Positions 10,679-20,333 of a stretch of DNA of 64,000 bases are shown here, in pieces. The notes beneath the pieces are model-generated. The model had not been told where the DNA came from, did no database searches, and was given only the letters and a program-made list of their open reading frames with translations. The stretch is from Candidatus Bathyarchaeota archaeon (lineage in GTDB: Archaea; Thermoproteota; Bathyarchaeia; 40CM-2-53-6). The position numbers were made by a program, and so were the translations under genes. Numbering within the stretch: the first letter of the stretch is position 1; the number at the start of each line of letters is the position of its first letter. The stretch is from the NCBI GenBank assembly GCA_963733055.1, contig CAVTBR010000001.1, positions 768,001 to 832,000 of the forward strand. The letters run 5' to 3'.

Positions 10679-11308
10679 TCAAGTCACGTGCAAGAGTGAT
10701 CCTAGGTTCTTGGCAATCAGGCCAGCTACGCGTATGGGTTCTGGTAGGCGAGAGATGAGGGCCGATGATGCGATGACTCTCTTAGCGTATGCTGGTGAAC
10801 TTCCCTTTACTTCGTAGTATAACTTGGGTTCATTCAGAAGTGGTTTGAATGAATACAAGGGGCCAGCGTTCCTCACGATGCGCCACCGTCGCTCCCAATC
10901 ATCGAAATGCCCCCTCAACGCTTTCCGCACGGATACGTTGTTCGGCCTTTCTCCAATGACTGCGATAACGGGTTTACCTGTCCCGTGGGATAATCGATCT
11001 ATGTCGATGAGATTGAAGCCACCGAAGGAAATCCCGCTCAGCATAACAGCATCATACGTCATATTCCTGAGTAAGGCTCTGAGTACAGAATTAGCGTCAG
11101 CTCCATCGACCCCTATTCTGCCAAGGCTGACTCTGGAAATTACGAAGCCATGAAGTAGAACTGCCACTATGACTGCGTATCCGCCGATCCCTATTCTGAG
11201 CGGAAGAGGTCCGTCATCTACCCCTACGATTCTAAAACTACGCTGCCTGATGCTTCTGGAGAGACTTCGGGACGTATCCGAAGAGCCTGCCCGCAATATT
11301 GTCCTCAA
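10679..11308 (-). CDS. DUF99-family (endonuclease V-like) protein; start uncertain
   Basis: IVGVDDG, VDGADA, GISFGGFNLID, PEPIRVA motifs. Confidence 0.8.
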   Translation of the reverse strand: MRTILRAGSSDTSRSLSRSIRQRSFRIVGVDDGPLPLRIGIGGYAVIVAVLLHGFVISRVSLGRIGVDGADANSVLRALLRNMTYDAVMLSGISFGGFNLIDIDRLSHGTGKPVIAVIGERPNNVSVRKALRGHFDDWERRWRIVRNAGPLYSFKPLLNEPKLYYEVKGSSPAYAKRVIASSALISRLPEPIRVAGLIAKNLGSLLHVT

Positions 11309-12467
11309 CGTAAGTATCTGAGATAACTCGAGGAGATACTCCGATTCTTATTTTCTTGGTTCTCCCATACCTTCCGAAACTCACCACTCTAGCGTTCAGT
11401 ATTCCCATGACGTCCAGTTCGTTGATTAGGCCACTGACTCTACGCTGTGTCAATGGCTCCAAATCGCTGACTCCGCATAGCTCGTGGTACACCTCGTATA
11501 CATCGCCGGTTATGGCTCCGCTAGAGAGATGATTGCTCAGCAAGTACGCTCCTACGAGTAGGATTTTGGAGTGAGCAGGAAGCGACTTCAAGACTTCAGA
11601 AACGCGGTCGTGTTCTATCTTCTGTTGCGCTTGGCGTACGTGCTGTTCGATCACTCGCCCGGAATCTTCGCGCTCCGCGAGCTCACCTGCCACACGAAGT
11701 AGGTCGAGGGCCCGCCTCGCATCACCGTGTTCGCCGGCGGCCAGGGCAGCGCAGAGTCTCAGGGCGTTTTCATCGAGGGCGCCTTTAAGGAAAGCCAATC
11801 GCGTCCTGTCGTATAGAATATCAAAGAGCTCATCTGCGAGATAGGGCCGAAAAACTACTTCCTCTTCACTGAGCGAGCTCAGGACGCGTGGATCCAGGAA
11901 TTCCTTGAAATGAAGATCGTTTGAGATTCCTACGAGGCTAATCCAAGAAGAGTTAAGCGTTTCATTGATCCTCGTGAGTTCATACAGCAGTGAATCATCT
12001 GCGTTATGTTTTATCAGAGCATCGATCTCGTCCAGAGTGACGAGTAGGGCTGTCCTGTCGGCGCCTATTCCATTTGAGAATCGATCCAAAAGCTCCCCGA
12101 CGGCAATTCCCGTGAAAGGTACCTCCACTCCAACGCTTCTACAGATCTCCGCCAAGACCCGGTAGTTCGTCCCAGCTAGACGGCAATTGATGTAAGCCAT
12201 CTTTACCGGAGCCCCGATCTCGGCAGCTTTCTTCTGCAGTTTGTCGAGCACAAATTTCGTAACTATGGTCTTGCCCGTGCCTGTTTTCCCGTAAACGAAC
12301 ACATTCGATATCTTCGACTGATGAAGAGCGGGAGCAAGAATCCCTGCCAAGCGCTGAATATGCTCATCTCTGTGCGGTAAGTGAGTTGGCATGTAGTCAT
12401 GCCGTAGAACGTCGCGCTCTGCGAATATTTTGGCAGTTGACAAATATTTGTCGAATAAGGTTTCCAT
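11238..12467 (-). CDS. cdc6: Orc1/Cdc6 replication initiator
   Basis: LPHRD, Walker A YGKTGTGKT, Walker B LDEID, GDARRALDLLR, C-terminal wHTH with GRYGRT. Confidence 0.97.
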   Translation of the reverse strand: METLFDKYLSTAKIFAERDVLRHDYMPTHLPHRDEHIQRLAGILAPALHQSKISNVFVYGKTGTGKTIVTKFVLDKLQKKAAEIGAPVKMAYINCRLAGTNYRVLAEICRSVGVEVPFTGIAVGELLDRFSNGIGADRTALLVTLDEIDALIKHNADDSLLYELTRINETLNSSWISLVGISNDLHFKEFLDPRVLSSLSEEEVVFRPYLADELFDILYDRTRLAFLKGALDENALRLCAALAAGEHGDARRALDLLRVAGELAEREDSGRVIEQHVRQAQQKIEHDRVSEVLKSLPAHSKILLVGAYLLSNHLSSGAITGDVYEVYHELCGVSDLEPLTQRRVSGLINELDVMGILNARVVSFGRYGRTKKIRIGVSPRVISDTYVEDNIAGRLFGYVPKSLQKHQAA

Positions 12468-12652
12468 AGCGTCTACAGCTGGTAAGGGAACATGCCTCCA
12501 CCGGTCACACCGGTCTTACATCTTGAAAAGTAGCTAATGGTTGTTGTACAAGAAAATCAACTATCGCCACTGGAATGGGTATGCACAGTTACCACATAAG
12601 ACTCTGAAAAAATGATGTAAACCATGTTGAAAAATGGGTTGTGGACCCCCTC

Positions 12653-12673
12653 ACCCCTCTGGTTCCACTCCAA
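12653..12673 (-). promoter_or_regulatory. ORB-like element
   Basis: Minus strand TTGGAGTGGAACCAGAGGGGT versus ORB consensus TTCCAGTGGAAAC-AAAGGGG. Confidence 0.7.
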
Positions 12674-12842
12674 GTAGTGTGAACTCGGTCGGCTAATTTT
12701 CTTACTGTAAAGAAGAAGTCATTGAGATATTACTTTTTGAAAATAAATGTGATGGCATTTACTAGATTGTAGTTGTTCCTCTAGTTTTCATCGGTTGGCA
12801 AAATTTTGATTTCTTCTACGAGTGTTTGATCAAATGCCTTTG

Positions 12843-12862
12843 TCCAGTCGAAATCAAGGGGT
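12843..12862 (+). promoter_or_regulatory. ORB element
   Basis: TCCAGTCGAAATCAAGGGGT. Confidence 0.8.
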
Positions 12863-12928
12863 TAGGGCGGTTGAGGTGGAGCAAGTTCGTTGTAGTTTAC
12901 ATGTTGTCATCTGTGGACAGTTCCAATA

Positions 12929-12948
12929 ACCCCTTCATTTCCACTGCA
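12929..12948 (-). promoter_or_regulatory. ORB element
   Basis: Minus strand TGCAGTGGAAATGAAGGGGT. Confidence 0.8.
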
Positions 12949-13028
12949 CGGCCTATTTTTCCGGTGAAAGTATATCAGGGGCGTACTCAACAGTGCTAAT
13001 CAACTCATAATCTGTTGACCTGTAGTTT

Positions 13029-13427
13029 GTGCGTCCCATGAAGAAACGCGTCAAGCTCGAATTCTTCGACCGGTCTGGTGCAAAACACAGTCTAACCATT
13101 GAGGGAGAGTTTACGGTCGAGAAAGTTAATCGATTGTTAGAATACGCGGAAATCGTGGCAGGCCCCAACCAGTCTACTGCTTCTCTTGAGGGGTCGGAGA
13201 GCAAAATGAATCGGTTAACGGATGTAATCAACACGCAGTTAGCTGATCGCAGTTTCGATTCTCGCGAGATCTACCAATCTTACCGCGAAATCTGGGGGGA
13301 AGGCTTCACCCTTGGTGCGGTTTCGACGTATCTATCGCGGCTTGCAGATCGTGGTATGTTGGAGAGGACAGGGTCTGCTGCTCATTGGTTTTATAGACTC
13401 AAAACGTCTCCGACGGTTTCGCCCTGA
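13029..13427 (+). CDS. Origin-adjacent protein with small N-terminal domain and C-terminal winged helix
   Basis: C-terminal FDSREI...TLGAVSTYLSRLADRGMLER...FYRL wHTH pattern; ATG at 13038 also possible. Confidence 0.75.
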   Translation: MRPMKKRVKLEFFDRSGAKHSLTIEGEFTVEKVNRLLEYAEIVAGPNQSTASLEGSESKMNRLTDVINTQLADRSFDSREIYQSYREIWGEGFTLGAVSTYLSRLADRGMLERTGSAAHWFYRLKTSPTVSP

Positions 13428-14121
13428 CCGGGTCATTGGAGCTTTCGAATGTTGAGCGTAACGCCTCGTTCAGTTTGTACCTAAACGGAGCATGGTTCGT
13501 TTCACGGTCCACATACCCTTCCAAATACAACTTTTTCATCAGTCTCGATGTGTGTTCTCTGGATTTGTTCAGGCGCTTTCCAATTTCTGGAGCTGCTTTC
13601 GCGCCTTCATCCCTTAGAATTTCCAGCGTGAGACGTTCGGTCGGTGTGAGAGAGGCCAAGAAATCTCCGTCAGAAACCATGGTCGCCAAATTCTCCCGTT
13701 TCGGTAGGGCGTCCGAAGTTGGGCTTTTTTGGTGAATGGAATTGAGTTTGGTTTTTATTTGCTCGAATTCCACGATGAGCTTCTTGTCGCTAGCTAAAAT
13801 CTCCTGCAAATGATTCAACGTCTCCTGATGCGATGCGCGTAGGTTCACTTGTTCTCCTGCTAGAGCGTCGCTACGCTGCGTCGTTGCCTCCATGTCTGAC
13901 CGTAGCTGAATCATCACAGATTCAGAGCGTTGAATGCGTGAAGAAAGAGCGTCCACGATGACGTTGACCAGTGATGCTGATTCGACTAACGCTTGCTTGC
14001 TTTGCTGAAAGGCGCGAATCGTCCTCCTCCCAAAGATGCCCACCAATGCCAGACAGAGCACCGAAATCAGATCGACCGATAACGCAAAGGCATCCATCGT
14101 TACGGGAAAGGAGAGATTCAA
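13399..14121 (-). CDS. Membrane-anchored coiled-coil protein with C-terminal MarR-like winged helix
   Basis: One N-terminal TM (LISVLCLALVGIFG followed by RR), long helical middle, LTPTERLTLEIL...APEIGKRLNKSREHTSRLMKKLYLEGYVDR. Confidence 0.8.
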   Translation of the reverse strand: MNLSFPVTMDAFALSVDLISVLCLALVGIFGRRTIRAFQQSKQALVESASLVNVIVDALSSRIQRSESVMIQLRSDMEATTQRSDALAGEQVNLRASHQETLNHLQEILASDKKLIVEFEQIKTKLNSIHQKSPTSDALPKRENLATMVSDGDFLASLTPTERLTLEILRDEGAKAAPEIGKRLNKSREHTSRLMKKLYLEGYVDRETNHAPFRYKLNEALRSTFESSNDPVRAKPSETF

Positions 14122-14141
14122 GGATGTTTACCTCTTCCACC

Positions 14142-14351
14142 CTGTGATGTCACAGCCGTTTTATGATGTCACAATGATTTGAACGTGACGATGACGTGAC
14201 ATCCACCCAGCTCACAATGACATCACGCAATCGGCTCATATTATGGCCGTAGCGGGTAGAGTTGCCCTATTTGCTCCGTTTCCTTTTCATCAAAACGGTT
14301 CTTTCTTTGAATAGATTCACAATAGATTCTTAGCATATCACGTGATATCAC
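14142..14351. repeat. Cluster of palindromic RTGAYRTCAC sites
   Basis: GTGATGTCAC 14144, ATGATGTCAC 14163, GTGACATCCAC 14196, ATGACATCAC 14217, GTGATATCAC 14342, plus palindrome ATATCACGTGATAT 14335-14348. Confidence 0.8.
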
Positions 14352-14359
14352 ACGACTAG

Positions 14360-14857
14360 TCATAGAGTATCTTTGAAGCTTTGACGGTAAGCCAATGCGG
14401 AGATAGTCTCGGAGAGCCTTTGTTTCAAGTCTCGAATAGCATCGGAGTTGCCGGGGGAGGATTGGTTTTCTTGGATGTAGCCTTGAAGTGTGTCCGAGAG
14501 TTCAACGAATGGTTGCAACGCTGAAGTATCGAATAATCCGACGTATCCCAATAGTAGAATCGTGTAAATTGAACGAATAATATTGTTCTGGGCTTGGATT
14601 AGGCTTCGATTGTACGATCCGCGGCTAATCCGCTTCGTGGAGGGCCTGAAAAGGCGTCTGTAACCTTTTCTCATGGTTTTCTCATGGGAAACGGAGTCAG
14701 CGAGTAGTGTTTCCAGTTGAGGCAGGGTTAGATGGCTGCTGCCTAGGAGAAGTTTCGTGACCGGATCGTTTACGGTGTCGTGAATTGAGTTGCGTGCGTC
14801 TGACGTGTCGGGTTGTTCTGCCAAGGAACTCCCGTGTGGATACGGTTTCGTATTCAC
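14360..14857 (-). CDS. Hypothetical protein, possibly HTH-like
   Basis: 165-aa ORF; basic helical segment ISRGSYNRSLIQA followed by hydrophobic SIYTILLLGYVGL. Confidence 0.65.
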   Translation of the reverse strand: MNTKPYPHGSSLAEQPDTSDARNSIHDTVNDPVTKLLLGSSHLTLPQLETLLADSVSHEKTMRKGYRRLFRPSTKRISRGSYNRSLIQAQNNIIRSIYTILLLGYVGLFDTSALQPFVELSDTLQGYIQENQSSPGNSDAIRDLKQRLSETISALAYRQSFKDTL

Positions 14858-15187
14858 TTAAGTCTTTGAGAATGTTCCCGCAAACGAGATTGGAGTGGTG
14901 ACGAATCCAAGCTTACGCCGAGTTGTGTCGGAGGGTCGCGAGATTGCTCGGTTCGTAGACCCGGAGTAAGACAGTCGAGGGGAACGTTTGACACCCTCGG
15001 CACGTGTTTTCTGAGATCGGATTACGAACCGATTTTCATCATTCGATCCCATAACCCGTCATTGTTCTAATTGTTGCGCGAGGATGGGTCGCGCTTCAAA
15101 GAGGTCAAGTCTAAATTAGTTTTGGCTAGGGTGGAACGTTGAAATAACTCGTGGTAGTCTCTGCCCGTGAATTGGAGAGGAGTCAGG

Positions 15188-15472
15188 TTGGGCAGACGTA
15201 GAAGACGGGTAATCAAAGTTGTGAAAAAGAAATTGCCCTCTGTCTTCACCTGTCCTGTCTGTGGCGAGGAAGCAATACGCGTGAAACTCCCACAGGGAGC
15301 TGGCCCCGCTATCGTGCAATGCGGTTCGTGCGGACTCAAACGAGAATTCGAAGCGACTCCATCAAGCCAAATCGTTGACATATACTGCGTGTTCATGGAC
15401 AGCTTCTACGTCAAAGACAAGGCCCAAGCTCAGCAGCAGACTCAGCAATCGGCTCAATCTGCCCCGGTTTGA
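15188..15472 (+). CDS. elf1: Transcription elongation factor Elf1
   Basis: MGRRRRR...KLPSVFTCPVC...CGSCG...VDIYCVFMD zinc ribbon; TTG start. Confidence 0.9.
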   Translation: MGRRRRRVIKVVKKKLPSVFTCPVCGEEAIRVKLPQGAGPAIVQCGSCGLKREFEATPSSQIVDIYCVFMDSFYVKDKAQAQQQTQQSAQSAPV

Positions 15473-15542
15473 ACCGAACGGGTACTAGCGTCTCCTAGTC
15501 TTAATGAAGAGGAAGGCCAGTCTGTAGTTTAGGCCTGTACCT

Positions 15543-18500
15543 TTGGACGCAACAGCTCTAAGTCGTCACGACCTATATTTTCAAGGTCTGAAGAATCAGG
15601 TCGACCAGATCTATGATCTGGCTAGACAGGCAAGGGCGAAGGGATTGGATCCATCACGGGATCCAGAGTCTGTGGTCACCCAGGATGTTGCGGAACGAGT
15701 CGAGAAGGCTGTAGGTCCCCCTAATGTAGCTTCAAGAATCCGCGAACTTTCGCTTCTGATGCAACGCGAACTTGTAGCGCTCAAGATAGCAGAAGAGATC
15801 TCGCTTTCAAAGTATGGAGTGGATGGCGAGCGCGCAGCAGAACAGGCGGTTCGAACTGCATCGGCCATTCTAGACGAAGGCGTTACTGCAGCGCCGATTG
15901 AGGGGATCTCAAGCGTCAGGATAAGAACAAATCAGGATGGATCCAAGTATCTGGCTGTTTACTTTGCAGGTCCCATTCGGTCGGCTGGGGGCACCGATAT
16001 GGCATTGATCCTTGTCATAGCTGATTATGTGAGACACCAGCTGGGGTTGGGCCGATACAAAGCTACGGAACTTGAGGCGAAAAGGTTCGTAGAAGAACTG
16101 CGTTTGTATGAGAGAGAGGTGGCCCGATTTCAGTTTAAGGTTTCAGATGAAGAGCTGTTCAACGCGGTCATGCGACTGCCAGTCGAAGTCAACGGGGTTG
16201 AAACGGATCCCGTCGAGGTTTCAGCGTACAGAAACGTTCCACGGGTGGACACGAACCGGGTGAGAGGCGGGGCACTGAGGGTTGTTCACGATGGGCTGAT
16301 TGGTAGAAGCCACAAGGTCCTGAAGATAATCGACAGCTTAGGTATAGAGGGATGGAGTTGGCTGAAGGAAATTAAGCCTCCCGTGGCTGAGGCGGAAGAG
16401 GCGCGTGAGTTCATGTTCATGGAGGATGTTCTGGCGGGACGGCCAATCTTCTCCTTTCCACAGTTCACGGGAGGCTTTAGGCTGAGATATGGAAGAGCGA
16501 GAAATACCGGCTTGGCCGCAATTGGCCTTCATCCGTCTACAATGATTGTTCTAGGCAAGTTCATCGCCGTTGGAACACAGCTCAGGTTAGAGAAGCCTGG
16601 CAAGGCAGGCATCGCGGCGACCGTTGATTCAATCGAACCCCCCATAGTTCGATTGAAGGATGGTTCCGTTGTGAGGCTATCAGACGCAAAGCGAACGGAA
16701 GAGCTCCTCGATTCGGTGGACGAGATTCTGTTCTTAGGGGACATACTGATAGGGTTCGGAGAATTTCTCGAGAACAATCGCCCCCTCCTCCCGTCAGGTT
16801 TTGTTGAGGAGTGGTGGAGTCAGCTAATGGAACTTGAAGCTACGAAGCACTCTGGTATACGCGGGTTCGCGGATCACATAAGTGTTGATGAATCTAGAAT
16901 TCTCGCCTATCTGAATGACTCAAGTGGAGAATATCCTACCGCTGAGGAAGCGATTCGCATCGCAAAACGATCAAACGTCCCTCTACATCCCAAATACACA
17001 TGTTTCTGGGAGAACATCGCCCCACAAGACTTTGACTACTTACGCTCAAAACTAATCGATCGCAACCAAACAACCCTATCCCCTAATCGAATATCGACTA
17101 AGAATGACACAATGACCAAGGCTATACTAGAGAACCTCTGCGTCCCCCACAGGGTTGAGCAAGATCTGCTAATAGTGGAAGAGGATGCGACGGTCTTGCA
17201 CGAATGCCTTGGGTTGGCTTCTCAGGGGGGGGCAGTGGAGGGGAAGGATGTGTTTGAGAAACTCTTTCACGCTTCGGGGATGCGAGTGATGAGAAAGGCG
17301 CCAGTCTATGTTGGCGCGCGAATGGGTCGGCCGGAAAAGGCGGCGAGGCGCGAAATGCGGCCTATGGTTCATTGTTTGTTTCCAATTGGGCTAGCCGGCG
17401 GATCTAGGAGGAATATTGTTGAGACTGTGGCAGAACACACCATAATCTCAGTTGATTTGGCGTACCGAAAATGCCAGAATTGCGGTAACGTCACTCACTT
17501 TGGCAAATGCGAGAAATGTGGCACTGATACAGTTGGCGCGTTTGCCTGCCAAAGGTGCGGTATCGACACCCCCGATAAAGTCTGCCCCTCATGCAAAGGC
17601 AAGGCCGAGGCGTTTACCCGAAGGAATGTACCCATACGTGACTTATTCAATGCGGCGCAAAGAAGACTCTCTCTCACCGTCACCCCCGAGAGCGTAAAAG
17701 GCGTGCGCGGGCTGACCAATCAGACGAAGACGCCGGAGCCTCTTGAGAAAGGACTTCTGAGAGCGAAGTATGACGTGTCCGTCTTCAAAGATGGAACCGT
17801 GCGATTCGATGCGACGAATGCACCGCTTACACACTTCAAACCTGTTGAGATCGGCGTTGGAGTCGACAAACTAATCGGGTTGGGGTACGAAGTCGACGTA
17901 GCGGGCAATCCACTTACATCGAATCAGTGTTGCAGCCTCAGAGTACACGACATCATCGTGCCGGAAACATGTGGAGACTACTTCGTCAGAGTCGCAAAAT
18001 TCATCGATGACCTCCTCCAACGCCTGTACGGCTTGCCACCATTCTACAATGCGAAGAACAAAGAGGACTTAGTTGGTCAATTGGTTATCGGCCTCTCTCC
18101 ACACACCTCAGTGGGTGTCATTGGACGTATTATCGGCTTTACAAAAGCCAGCGTCACCCTAGCACACCCATTCTGGCACGCCGCTAAGCGTAGGGATTGC
18201 GATGGTGACGAGGACTCCGTCAGCCTTGCTTTAGACATCCTTCTGAATTTCTCGAAACTGTTTCTTCCCTCAAGAATTGGGGGAATAATGGATGCCCCAA
18301 TTCTGTTAACGATCGGAATCAAACCACGGGAGGTTGCCCGCCAGGCTTTCAACATCGAATCGGTTAACCGTCTACCCTTACAGTTCTTCGATGCAACGCA
18401 AAAACGCTCTGACCCCAAATCCCAAGCCGCCATCATTGAAACAGTCCAAAACCGGCTTGGTTCGCAGGCAGTGTTGGAGTCCCTAGGTTTCACTCAAAGT

Positions 18501-18956
18501 ACTGATGATGTAGACGCGGGAAACTTGGAGAGCGTTTACAAGAAACTGGGGTCGATGATTGAAAAGGTGGGCCTGCAACTGAAATTGGCCGAGTCGATCA
18601 AAGCAGTGGAAGCAGGAGAGGTCGCGAAGAGAGTGTTATCGACTCATTTCATGCGAGACCTTACTGGAAACCTGAAGGCCTTCGCCGGCCAAAGGTTCCG
18701 GTGCACGAAATGCAATTCGAAATTCCGGCGTCTACCATTGAAAGGAGCTTGTCCAAGATGCGGGGGCAAGCTCTCACTAACCGTTTACAAGGGAGGTGTA
18801 GAAAAATACTTGACCGTAGCCCAGGATTTGGTCAAGCGATACGATTTGGGTCAATACCACGAACAGCGATTGTTACTTCTCCGTGAAGAGATCAACTCCC
18901 TGTTTAACGAACATGAGGAGAAAAAGAAACAGCCTACACTAGCGCAATTCGTTTGA
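15543..18956 (+). CDS. polC: DNA polymerase D large subunit DP2, no intein
   Basis: EGVTAAPIEG, YFAGPIRSAGGT, FRLRYGRARNTG, HAAKRRDCDGDED, C-terminal CTKC...CPRC. Confidence 0.97.
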   Translation: MDATALSRHDLYFQGLKNQVDQIYDLARQARAKGLDPSRDPESVVTQDVAERVEKAVGPPNVASRIRELSLLMQRELVALKIAEEISLSKYGVDGERAAEQAVRTASAILDEGVTAAPIEGISSVRIRTNQDGSKYLAVYFAGPIRSAGGTDMALILVIADYVRHQLGLGRYKATELEAKRFVEELRLYEREVARFQFKVSDEELFNAVMRLPVEVNGVETDPVEVSAYRNVPRVDTNRVRGGALRVVHDGLIGRSHKVLKIIDSLGIEGWSWLKEIKPPVAEAEEAREFMFMEDVLAGRPIFSFPQFTGGFRLRYGRARNTGLAAIGLHPSTMIVLGKFIAVGTQLRLEKPGKAGIAATVDSIEPPIVRLKDGSVVRLSDAKRTEELLDSVDEILFLGDILIGFGEFLENNRPLLPSGFVEEWWSQLMELEATKHSGIRGFADHISVDESRILAYLNDSSGEYPTAEEAIRIAKRSNVPLHPKYTCFWENIAPQDFDYLRSKLIDRNQTTLSPNRISTKNDTMTKAILENLCVPHRVEQDLLIVEEDATVLHECLGLASQGGAVEGKDVFEKLFHASGMRVMRKAPVYVGARMGRPEKAARREMRPMVHCLFPIGLAGGSRRNIVETVAEHTIISVDLAYRKCQNCGNVTHFGKCEKCGTDTVGAFACQRCGIDTPDKVCPSCKGKAEAFTRRNVPIRDLFNAAQRRLSLTVTPESVKGVRGLTNQTKTPEPLEKGLLRAKYDVSVFKDGTVRFDATNAPLTHFKPVEIGVGVDKLIGLGYEVDVAGNPLTSNQCCSLRVHDIIVPETCGDYFVRVAKFIDDLLQRLYGLPPFYNAKNKEDLVGQLVIGLSPHTSVGVIGRIIGFTKASVTLAHPFWHAAKRRDCDGDEDSVSLALDILLNFSKLFLPSRIGGIMDAPILLTIGIKPREVARQAFNIESVNRLPLQFFDATQKRSDPKSQAAIIETVQNRLGSQAVLESLGFTQSTDDVDAGNLESVYKKLGSMIEKVGLQLKLAESIKAVEAGEVAKRVLSTHFMRDLTGNLKAFAGQRFRCTKCNSKFRRLPLKGACPRCGGKLSLTVYKGGVEKYLTVAQDLVKRYDLGQYHEQRLLLLREEINSLFNEHEEKKKQPTLAQFV

Positions 18957-18965
18957 GATGATAAT

Positions 18966-19241
18966 ATGGCAAAGCGCGGAGCGCTTCATCCCAAAGCCTA
19001 CCTTACCTCGAAACGTAACGTCAAGGCAGGATTAGTCGCACGAACTCGGATCCTCATAGTTCTTGAGAAAGACCGAAGGAGTGCACCACAGATAGCAAAA
19101 GAGGCCGGGCTTTCTTACGCATGCGTAACTTATCACCTCAAAGCACTTAGAAAGGACCGTTTGGTGGACCGACTGAGCAAGGCGAAACCTTTCGCATGGG
19201 GGCTAACCCCATTTGGGCAACAGAAACTGCCCTCTCAATAG
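18966..19241 (+). CDS. Small winged-helix (ArsR-like) protein
   Basis: RTRIL...SAPQIAKEAGLSYACVTYHLKALRKDRLV. Confidence 0.75.
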   Translation: MAKRGALHPKAYLTSKRNVKAGLVARTRILIVLEKDRRSAPQIAKEAGLSYACVTYHLKALRKDRLVDRLSKAKPFAWGLTPFGQQKLPSQ

Positions 19242-19340
19242 CCAACAACAGTCGCTAATAGGGCATTGTTCACAAGCATGCTAATTACCGGCCACTCACA
19301 TAGATTCCATACCAATACTTACGATCCCTCGGGAATCACG

Positions 19341-20106
19341 ATGCAAACAGAAGTGCGGTATACGCAACAACCCGAACTCCGAGACGCCGTAATGGTATGC
19401 GGCCTTCCAGGCATCGGCTCAGTTGCATGGTTAGCGGTCAACCATCTCCAGAAAGAGCTGAAAGCTCAACTGTTCGCGGAGGTCTACTCTCCGATGTTTT
19501 CCCCCAAAGTTTGGTTAAGTGAGGATGGAGTGGTTGACATGATGAAGGGCGAATTCCACTACTGGAAGAACAAGGATGGAGGATCAGATCTTCTTCTCTT
19601 CACAGCTAACGAGCAGCCCTATTCACCAGAAGGGCAATACGAACTCGCGGAGGTTGTCTTAGACTTAGCCGCGAAGTTCGCTACGAAAAAAGTGATCACG
19701 ATGGGTGGAATGGCTACGGACAGGTTTGCAGAGGAACCGAAGGTATACGCCGGTGCAACAGATGTCGAATCGGTGAAGGAGCTTGAATCCCTGGGCGCAG
19801 TGAAACTAGCCGGAGGCGCGATAACGGGAACCAACGGCCTCATATTCGGGCTCGCCAAACCAAAGAAAATACCGGCCATCTGCCTCCTAGCCGAAACCCC
19901 AGGCTACTTATCCTTAGATGCTAACGCAGCAAAAGCGGCTTTGCAGCTTGCGTCTAGAATGTTGAACATCTCGATAGATCTAACAGCGCTTGAGAAACAG
20001 GCCAAAGAGAAACGCGGAGGTTGTGCAAAAGGCCAAGGATCTCTCACATTCCTTTCCCCGCGAAGGCCGTAAGGGCGGCGAAAGGGAGCTGCCTTATGTC
20101 AGCTAG
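19341..20106 (+). CDS. PAC2-family proteasome assembly chaperone; 1-bp frameshift near 20010
   Basis: GLPGIGSVA, ITMGG, GAITGTNGLI, CLLAETPGY; removing one A gives a C-terminus ending ...ELPYVS*. Confidence 0.85.
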
Positions 20107-20125
20107 GAGATTCTAGGTCAAGAAA

Positions 20126-20287
20126 ATGAAAGTCATGTGCAACGAGTGTGGGAAGGTATCTGACCTCATGGCCTCAACGTCCTTGGCGATTGGTGAAGAG
20201 GGGCAAATGAGCACGTATCATTTCTGCTCTGAGGAGCATATGGCTGAGTTTGCGCGTAGGAAAGGAATCGCACTTGACAAGCATTAA
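20126..20287 (+). CDS. Small TRASH/YHS-like metal-binding protein (53 aa)
   Basis: Manual translation MKVMCNECGK...TYHFCSEEHMAEF; below the ORF-track cutoff. Confidence 0.7.
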   Translation: MKVMCNECGKVSDLMASTSLAIGEEGQMSTYHFCSEEHMAEFARRKGIALDKH

Positions 20288-20333
20288 CTCCCAGCCACGG
20301 CGATAGCTATCTAACACAGGAAGGTTGATCACA

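Larger units (their letters stand above)
12560..12950. other. Chromosomal replication origin (oriC)
   Basis: Intergenic region upstream of cdc6, AT-rich core ~12690-12840 flanked by oppositely oriented ORB-like boxes with G-strings. Confidence 0.85.

Noticed and set aside
15543-18956. Intein in DP2 (also checked in cdc6)
   Set aside because: Normal lengths and contiguous motifs (HAAKRRDCDGDED; GKTGTGKT).
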